From positions 32,001-96,000 of the IMG/VR virus record IMGVR_UViG_3300032236_000718: 64,000 nucleotides of DNA; one strand, 5' to 3'. A program made the translations under genes and the position numbers. The DNA comes from a virus. The notes under the pieces were generated by a model. The model made no database searches, had not been told where the DNA came from, and saw nothing but the letters and a program-made list of their open reading frames with translations. Below are positions 24,707-30,933 of the stretch, piece after piece. The number at the start of each line of letters is the position of its first letter. Position 1 is the first letter of the stretch.

Positions 24707-25813
24707 ATGGTCAGAGGCGTAAATCTAAAGGGTAAGCCCAAGCAGAAGGTAGCTCGTAAGACAAAGTCCGAGCAGTACCTCGTTAACTTCAAGTATCTAG
24801 GCGACGAGCCAGACTCCAACTTCAAGACAGTGTCCGATCAGATCCGTGCCTTTAACTGGTACAACGCCATGTGTGAGATGGATGAGGCACGCGCGTATCT
24901 TAACGACTACCTGACAATCACGAACCGTACAGACCTATCCAAGAAACTGGATAAGGTCCCAGACTCGTTCTTCCCTACCACAGCCGCGTGGATGGCACGT
25001 ATCGCGCAGCGCAAGAAGTCCTCCATCGAGCCGCACGAGTATGACAAGTTCATGGGCCTAATCGAGACCTCTATCTCTCACGTCAAGGAAGAGAAGGCAG
25101 AGACTAAGAAGGTCGACAAGCCAAACATTCAGGATCGTATTCGCGAGCGTGGTTACGACATCATCGGCGACATCGAGGAGATGATTGATAAGGGAGAGGC
25201 ATTCTCGCTATATGAGTGGCTCAAGAAAAATGAGATCCCTGCTATGTACGCTACAAAGATTGGCGACTACTATGGCGCTGTCTGGAAAGAGATCGTCGAT
25301 GCCCAGTCAGGAACTATCGACGGCTACGAGAAGTGGACAAAGGCTCAGCTCAAGGCACGAGTAGCTTTCTACCTACAACTCATCGACGACGCTGAGCGAT
25401 ATGGCGACAACACTAAGAAGACACGAGCACCTCGTAAGAAGAAAGCTCCGACTACAGAGAAGCTGCTCAAGAACTTCAAATATCAGAAAGAGAGCAATGA
25501 GCATAAGCTTACATCTATTAATCCGGAGTCTATCATTGGTGCAAAGACTCTTTGGACTTTTAATACGAGGTATAGCACTCTTAGTGTTTATAATGCTATG
25601 GGTCCCAGTGGTCTCAGTGTTCGCGGCACTACCCTTACTAATTTTGATGAGTCAAGTTCTAAGGCTATTCAAATAGGTCGTAAGACACAAGAGCGCATCG
25701 AGACTGTACTGAAAGGTGGCAAGATCGTAGTCAAGCGTCTCATTGAGGAGATGAAGAATGACGTTAATGGTCGCATCAATGAGAATACTATTCTATTAAA
25801 GGTGATCAAATGA
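24707..25813 (+). CDS. Conserved T4-like phage hypothetical protein
   Basis: AFNWYN, SINPESIIGA, FNTRY, GLSVRGTT, NGRINENTILLK. Confidence 0.75.
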   Translation: MVRGVNLKGKPKQKVARKTKSEQYLVNFKYLGDEPDSNFKTVSDQIRAFNWYNAMCEMDEARAYLNDYLTITNRTDLSKKLDKVPDSFFPTTAAWMARIAQRKKSSIEPHEYDKFMGLIETSISHVKEEKAETKKVDKPNIQDRIRERGYDIIGDIEEMIDKGEAFSLYEWLKKNEIPAMYATKIGDYYGAVWKEIVDAQSGTIDGYEKWTKAQLKARVAFYLQLIDDAERYGDNTKKTRAPRKKKAPTTEKLLKNFKYQKESNEHKLTSINPESIIGAKTLWTFNTRYSTLSVYNAMGPSGLSVRGTTLTNFDESSSKAIQIGRKTQERIETVLKGGKIVVKRLIEEMKNDVNGRINENTILLKVIK

Positions 25814-26244
25814 AGATACTAAATGAGTGTAGCTTTATCAAGCCAGAGAACATCGCTAAGATTGAGGAGCAATATAAGGCTACGTACGTGTTCGAGACGT
25901 GCCTGCGTGCACGTGAGGGCGGGTGGGCAAACTTCCCTGCAGCGGTCTTCTATCAAGAAGAGATTTATCCTGGTGGTTCGAACTACTTTGCCCTGTATTA
26001 CGACATGGATGGTAAACTATACATCACTGACGCCGGTCCCTCTATCATCGATGAGGAGTTTACAGGCCTAGAGGCTGAGGGCGAGGTAGTATACTCTCGC
26101 TATAGACACGACTATCGTGCAGGAAAGAATGGAGCATATGTAGACGGTGGACGAGATTATTTTAAGTATGGGGGCGATTCTTTTGATGATTACAATATTG
26201 TCAAGTTTAAAGTGGTAGACGATCACCTTGAAATTGTAAAATAA
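25810..26244 (+). CDS. Conserved phage hypothetical protein
   Basis: YSRYRHDY...VDGGRDY. Confidence 0.75.
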   Translation: MKILNECSFIKPENIAKIEEQYKATYVFETCLRAREGGWANFPAAVFYQEEIYPGGSNYFALYYDMDGKLYITDAGPSIIDEEFTGLEAEGEVVYSRYRHDYRAGKNGAYVDGGRDYFKYGGDSFDDYNIVKFKVVDDHLEIVK

Positions 26245-26247
26245 GTG

Positions 26248-26279
26248 TGTACAAAATATCACACTGTGTGTTATAAATA
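26248..26279 (+). promoter_or_regulatory. Composite early (TGTACA) and late (TATAAATA) promoter of tmRNA
   Basis: TGTACA 26248, TATAAATA 26272. Confidence 0.75.
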
Positions 26280-26284
26280 ATATA

Positions 26285-26598
26285 TGCTGTTGTTGATGAC
26301 GAAAGCAGAATAGACATACTGGACGCGGGGGCGGTACCCGCCCGGTCCACCATGGATACACAAACACCCTGCGAGATTGTTGCTTTAGGGTAGGGTGACA
26401 AGAAATAGAACAGCAACTAATACTTGTTTTATTTGTGTATCTTTGATGGGCCGGAAATTAGGATCGACAGGTGTGTTAAAAGCGGACCGAGACAGAAGCA
26501 TAAATAAGTTATCTGCAAACGATAATTCACCTATTGAAATGCGCCTAGCGGCATAATTTCTTGGGTTGGCAACTTACCTCGAAACAGAAAAGTTGCAC
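26285..26598 (+). ncRNA. ssrA: Two-piece (circularly permuted) tmRNA, alphaproteobacterial type; tag ANDNSPIEMRLAA
   Basis: Acceptor piece with T-arm GCGGG-GGCGGTA-CCCGC and CCGGTCC-A-CCA (ends 26352); coding piece starts GGGCCGG (26448), giving G3.U70; tag ORF 26515-26556; outer ends approximate. Confidence 0.95.
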
Positions 26599-26629
26599 TT
26601 CACACAAACAACAAACACAGGAGACTACA

Positions 26630-26845
26630 ATGACAAAAACACCTTTTGAGATTCGTTTTGATCTTCTCAACTATGCGATGAGCCAGCTAACTGGCGAGTA
26701 TTATGCAGCCTTGGAGCGCATACGAGAGTCAACACAAGAAAATTCACCAGCTCGAAACGATGCGGTAAATCAATTAAAATATCCTACTAAGAGTGACATC
26801 ATCCTTTTAGCAGAGGATTTAAAAGCCTTCATTGACAAAAAGTAA
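26630..26845 (+). CDS. Conserved phage hypothetical protein
   Basis: MTKTPFEIRFDLL; CA-rich leader and AGGAG. Confidence 0.75.
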   Translation: MTKTPFEIRFDLLNYAMSQLTGEYYAALERIRESTQENSPARNDAVNQLKYPTKSDIILLAEDLKAFIDKK

Positions 26846-26846
26846 T

Positions 26847-26923
26847 GGTCTCATAGCTCAGCTGTATAGAGCAGCCGCCTTCTAAGCGGCAGGTCGTTGG
26901 TTAGAGTCCAACTGAGATCACCA
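26847..26923 (+). tRNA. tRNA-Arg(TCT) with U19-A56 elbow
   Basis: GGTCTCA/TGAGATC acceptor, GCCGC-CTTCTAA-GCGGC, encoded CCA. Confidence 0.93.
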
Positions 26924-26939
26924 ATGTGGAGTTCTGGGT

Positions 26940-27110
26940 ATGAATGACTTGAGTAACTACTCCGTCGATGTCTTAAAGAAGACATGCTTTCAAGATGAGT
27001 TGTCAAGCTTAAGAGTTAAGTACCCAGAACCCGATAATTTAACACGCATCATTATGGATTACCTTGATCAGCGCATCAAGGAGATCGACAAAAAATATAA
27101 GATAAAGTGA
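26940..27110 (+). CDS. 56-aa hypothetical protein (not in ORF track)
   Basis: GGAG upstream; overlaps a long hairpin. Confidence 0.45.
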   Translation: MNDLSNYSVDVLKKTCFQDELSSLRVKYPEPDNLTRIIMDYLDQRIKEIDKKYKIK

Positions 27111-27121
27111 AAGGATACCTT

Positions 27122-28669
27122 ATGAAGTTCTTGAGCATTCGCGATGGACATGACTGCAATATCTCCTACTCTGATGGCAAGACCGTAAGGTACATCAAGT
27201 TCGAGCGCAACTATCAGAAGAAGCACTACAACTGGGGCCACGAGGAAGGCGACCAGATGGAGTTCTTACTTAAAGAAGCTCAGCGTATCTGGGGTATCGA
27301 CTTCCGCGATCTCAACGGCATCGCTCTAGTAAACGACAACGCTCATCATAAGCTCGATCGCGACATCGCTCTCAATGAGATGTATTACGTTATCGACAAA
27401 GAGAAGAACCCATTCTGGGCACAGTTCAACTGTCAAGTCTTTAAGATCGATCACCACTACGCACACATGATGAGTTGCTGGCCACTTGTAAATGTACAAG
27501 ACGTGCGCACTCACTTTGTCGTCGACGGTCTAGGTGACCATGCTCGTAACACCGCAGTGTTCCAAGATAACGATCTTGTCGACTTCATCGATCGCTCTCA
27601 GAACCTTGGCATCTCTGTCATTCTCGAGCACATCGGTCAAAACTATGGCATGAAGGGAATGGTTCTCGACATCTCTGGTAAGGTTATGGCTCTCAAGTCG
27701 TATCATCAGGTTCCGGACCAATTAGCATTCGACGCTATGAACCTTGCTAAGTATCTTGGCCTTCGTAACCTCAACCACTTCATTGAGATCTCTAAGCAGC
27801 TTCAAGGATATATTGATCCACTACCGAGCGAGCAACAGCAGCTAGTCAACCTAGCTTATCTCTTGCACGTGTTTGGTGAGGAGAAGATGCCACAGTACTT
27901 CCGTCAGTTCGCTAAGCGCGATGAGGTCATTACGTATTCTGGTGGCACTGCACAGAACACTGTCATCAACACAAAGATCAAGGAAGCTTTCCCTAACTCT
28001 CATATTCCTCCTCACTGCTACGATGGTGGTCTGTCGCTTGGCGGTGTTGAGTTCCTTCGCCAACTATTTCAACAGGATCTATTTGATAACTCTAACTTCC
28101 CTTACTGGCAGTCAGATGAGGCTCCTGCCTCTACTCCATCTGCTGCTACTATCGATAAAACTGCTGAGCTTCTAGCTCAGGGTAAGATCGTTGGTTGGTA
28201 TCAGGGCAATGGTGAGATTGGCCCTCGCGCACTCGGTAATCGCTCGATCTTGATGGATCCATCTATTAAGGATGGTAAAGACATCATCAATACAAAAGTA
28301 AAGAAGCGTGAACCATATCGACCTTTCGGAGCATCTGTTCTCGCGAAATATGCTGGACAACACTTCGATGTCGACTATGAGTCTCCCTACATGCTCCACG
28401 TAGTCAATTGCCTCACCGATGACTTCCCTTCAATTCAACATGTTGACAAGACCTGCCGTATCCAGACAGTCAATGAGGATTCACAGTACTCTGTCTATCA
28501 TTCCATCATCGATAAGTTCCGCGAGAAGACTGGCATTCCTATGCTACTCAATACGAGCTTGAACGTTGATGGTAAGCCTATTGCTGGCTACATGGAAGAT
28601 GCTAAGACCTTGTTTAATGACTCTGACCTAGATGCAGTAGTCATTGGTGACGATATTATGGTTAAATAA
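27122..28669 (+). CDS. NodU/CmcH-family O-carbamoyltransferase
   Basis: GHDCNI, FER, IDHHYAH, VDGLGD, GKVMAL, SGG, EIGPRALGNRSIL, VKKREPYRPF, HVDKTCRIQTV, LLNTSLN. Confidence 0.93.
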   Translation: MKFLSIRDGHDCNISYSDGKTVRYIKFERNYQKKHYNWGHEEGDQMEFLLKEAQRIWGIDFRDLNGIALVNDNAHHKLDRDIALNEMYYVIDKEKNPFWAQFNCQVFKIDHHYAHMMSCWPLVNVQDVRTHFVVDGLGDHARNTAVFQDNDLVDFIDRSQNLGISVILEHIGQNYGMKGMVLDISGKVMALKSYHQVPDQLAFDAMNLAKYLGLRNLNHFIEISKQLQGYIDPLPSEQQQLVNLAYLLHVFGEEKMPQYFRQFAKRDEVITYSGGTAQNTVINTKIKEAFPNSHIPPHCYDGGLSLGGVEFLRQLFQQDLFDNSNFPYWQSDEAPASTPSAATIDKTAELLAQGKIVGWYQGNGEIGPRALGNRSILMDPSIKDGKDIINTKVKKREPYRPFGASVLAKYAGQHFDVDYESPYMLHVVNCLTDDFPSIQHVDKTCRIQTVNEDSQYSVYHSIIDKFREKTGIPMLLNTSLNVDGKPIAGYMEDAKTLFNDSDLDAVVIGDDIMVK

Positions 28670-28673
28670 TATT

Positions 28674-28765
28674 GGGGGTGGGTGTTGGTACACAGGGAGG
28701 CCTTATAAGCCTTTCAGCGGCAGATTACCGTTCTCGAGGGGGTTCGAATCCCTCCACCCCTACCA
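28674..28765 (+). tRNA. Non-canonical (allo-tRNA-like) tRNA with UAU anticodon and long variable arm
   Basis: GGGGGTG/CACCCCT-A-CCA; D arm GTGT-TGGT-ACAC; 7-bp anticodon stem around CT-TAT-AA; V-arm AGCGG/CCGTT; TTCGAAT. Confidence 0.85.
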
Positions 28766-28782
28766 AATTCTAGGAGATAGTT

Positions 28783-29079
28783 ATGCCGACTATTACTACT
28801 GATGTTGATTTTGATCTAGACAACATCGATGACTATGAGCTCATAGATGAGCTAGAGAGTCGTGGATATGATGTTATTGAGAGAGGTAGATCAGATGAGG
28901 ACCTCATAGAGATTCTAGAAGGTCATGGATTTACAGTATACGGCACGGGTCATAAGCCAAACATTACAAGATACTATGTCGAAAAGCTCTATGATACATA
29001 CAAGACAATGTCTCCCGAGTTTTTTCAGAAAGAGCTAAAGAAATTCTTTCGTGAACATCTAGAAACGACAGATTACTAA
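28783..29079 (+). CDS. Acidic hypothetical protein with internal duplication
   Basis: DDYELIDELESRGYDV / SDEDLIEILEGHGFTV; AGGAG RBS. Confidence 0.7.
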   Translation: MPTITTDVDFDLDNIDDYELIDELESRGYDVIERGRSDEDLIEILEGHGFTVYGTGHKPNITRYYVEKLYDTYKTMSPEFFQKELKKFFREHLETTDY

Positions 29080-29082
29080 TTC

Positions 29083-29158
29083 GGGGCTATAGCTCAATGG
29101 TTAGAGCCGGCCGCTCATAACGGTCTGGTTCCAGGTTCGAGTCCTGGTGGCCCCACCA
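29083..29158 (+). tRNA. tRNA with CAT anticodon, most likely tRNA-Ile2 (lysidine)
   Basis: 76-nt cloverleaf; GGCCG-CTCATAA-CGGTC anticodon arm; paired 1-72 and no GGG/CCC initiator stem. Confidence 0.88.
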
Positions 29159-29174
29159 AAATTAAAGGAATGAC

Positions 29175-29402
29175 ATGAAGGTAAATTTCGATCTATCTAA
29201 GTTCATGGAAGATATTGACACCATGAGACGCAGAACCAATGTCGAGTACATTGATGCTGTTGTTTTCTGGTGTGAGAAGAATAATGTTGAGGTTGAGTAT
29301 GTTGCATCTGTCATTAAGAAAGATCCAGTCTTCAAATCAAAAATACTCATGGAGGCTGAGGAGCTTAACTTTATAAAGAAAACCGCTAGCTTACCTTTCT
29401 AG
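29175..29402 (+). CDS. 33: Late transcription co-activator gp33
   Basis: EYIDAVVFWCEKNNVEVE...KSKILMEAEELNFIKK..LP; near gene 32. Confidence 0.85.
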   Translation: MKVNFDLSKFMEDIDTMRRRTNVEYIDAVVFWCEKNNVEVEYVASVIKKDPVFKSKILMEAEELNFIKKTASLPF

Positions 29403-29431
29403 TGTACATATCTACAACAGCGTGATATATT
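29403..29431 (+). promoter_or_regulatory. Early promoter TGTACA-N17-TATATT
   Basis: TGTACA family. Confidence 0.65.
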
Positions 29432-29450
29432 AAGATTATAGGAGACATGC

Positions 29451-29903
29451 GTGTTGATAGAGATCAAGGGTAAGGCAAAACATCTTAAGAAAAAAGATAT
29501 ACGTAAAGCAGCTGAGCTGTATGCAGAGTATCTTTTATCTGAAAAGCTTAGCTCACAGATTGAGCTAAAGATTATCCTATCTAAGAAGCATCTAGCTAAA
29601 GGTATTGATGGATACTGTGACTGGATGGATAATAATAAGTCACCTCGCATATTTGAGATAGTAGTAAGACCTTCTCTAAAAGCTGAAGATCTATTGCAAC
29701 TACTAGCTCATGAGATGGTTCATCTTAAGCAGTTCGCTAAGAATGAATTATTTGACTACTCGCGTGGTTCGAAGTGTCGCTTTAATGGAAAGATCTATGA
29801 TCGCGACGAGATAGACTACTGGTTCCTTCCTTGGGAGATTGAGGCTTACGGGCGCGAGCGTGGGCTTTATATGAAATATCTCGACTCTAAGAAGGATAAA
29901 TAA
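29451..29903 (+). CDS. Zn metallopeptidase-like protein (HExxH)
   Basis: LAHEMVHLKQ, PWEIEAY. Confidence 0.8.
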   Translation: MLIEIKGKAKHLKKKDIRKAAELYAEYLLSEKLSSQIELKIILSKKHLAKGIDGYCDWMDNNKSPRIFEIVVRPSLKAEDLLQLLAHEMVHLKQFAKNELFDYSRGSKCRFNGKIYDRDEIDYWFLPWEIEAYGRERGLYMKYLDSKKDK

Positions 29904-29966
29904 GTTTGAGCGCTACACAGCTCAAACAATAAAATACGATCAATATTATTAATACGGAGAATACAT

Positions 29967-30884
29967 ATGGACTTTAGTCAACTTAAATCAAATTCAGGTA
30001 AGTCGTCACTCGAGCGTCTTACCGCAGAGCTAACAAAGCTCCAAACCGGCGGTAAAACAGAGAACCGCAAAGATGACCGCTTCTGGTACCCTAATGTAGA
30101 TAAGGCAGGCAACGGCTATGCAGTTATCCGCTTCTTACCACCTCCTCAGGGCGAGGATATGCCATTCGTTCGCCTCTTCGAGCACGGATTTAAGGGTCCA
30201 ACCGGTTCATGGTACATCGAGAATTCACTTACGACACTCGGCAAACAAGACCCAGTCGGTGAACTTAATTCTCAGCTCTGGAACTCAGGACTCGACTCAG
30301 ACAAAGAGATAGCTCGCGCACAGAAACGTAAGCTCAACTTTATCTCTAACGTCTATGTCATTACTGACCAACAGAACCCCGAGAACGAAGGCAAGGTGTT
30401 CTTGTTCAAGTATGGCAAGAAGATCTTTGATAAGCTCAATGAGGCAATGAACCCAGAGTTTGCCGATGAAGACGCTATGAACCCATTTGACTTATGGGCT
30501 GGTGCTAACTTCAAGCTTAAGATTCGTAATGTCGAGGGATATCGTAACTACGATAAGTCAGAGTTTGCTAAGCCAGGTCCTCTCGCTGAAGATAGTGAGA
30601 TGGAGTCAATCTGGAAGCAGGAACACTCTCTTCAAGAGTTTCTTGACCCCAAGAACTTCAAGTCTTATGATGAACTCAAGGCTAAGTTAAACAAGGTGCT
30701 TGGTCGCGACGACTCGACACTCGGTATGACTCCAGCAGCTGCTCGCGCTAAGGCTGCACCTTCTCTCGGTGATGACTATGATGCGCCGGAGACGTCTGCT
30801 CCAGCATTTAAGTCCGCACCTGCTCCTATCGCAGATGACGATGACGATGATGGATTGGAGTTCTTTAAGAGCTTAGCTAGGTGA
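29967..30884 (+). CDS. 32: Single-stranded DNA-binding protein gp32
   Basis: DKAGNGYAVIRFLP, WYIENSLTTLG, YGKKIFDK, NPFDLWAGANFKLK, acidic tail. Confidence 0.97.
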   Translation: MDFSQLKSNSGKSSLERLTAELTKLQTGGKTENRKDDRFWYPNVDKAGNGYAVIRFLPPPQGEDMPFVRLFEHGFKGPTGSWYIENSLTTLGKQDPVGELNSQLWNSGLDSDKEIARAQKRKLNFISNVYVITDQQNPENEGKVFLFKYGKKIFDKLNEAMNPEFADEDAMNPFDLWAGANFKLKIRNVEGYRNYDKSEFAKPGPLAEDSEMESIWKQEHSLQEFLDPKNFKSYDELKAKLNKVLGRDDSTLGMTPAAARAKAAPSLGDDYDAPETSAPAFKSAPAPIADDDDDDGLEFFKSLAR

Positions 30885-30910
30885 TTTGTTCCTTTAACAC
30901 CTAGGACACT

Positions 30911-30933
30911 GGGGAGCTTCGGCTCCCCTTTTT
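30911..30933 (+). terminator. Rho-independent terminator with UUCG loop
   Basis: GGGGAGC-TTCG-GCTCCCC-TTTTT. Confidence 0.92.

Noticed and set aside
26068-26416. Minus-strand ORFs over the tmRNA
   Set aside because: Antisense to a well-supported structural RNA
26353-26447. Hammerhead ribozyme or purine riboswitch in the tmRNA spacer
   Set aside because: Junction lacks CUGAnGA/GAAA and the purine-riboswitch core nucleotides
29083-29158. Initiator or elongator Met tRNA
   Set aside because: Lacks C1:A72 mismatch and three G-C anticodon pairs; resembles Ile2, though elongator Met is not fully excluded
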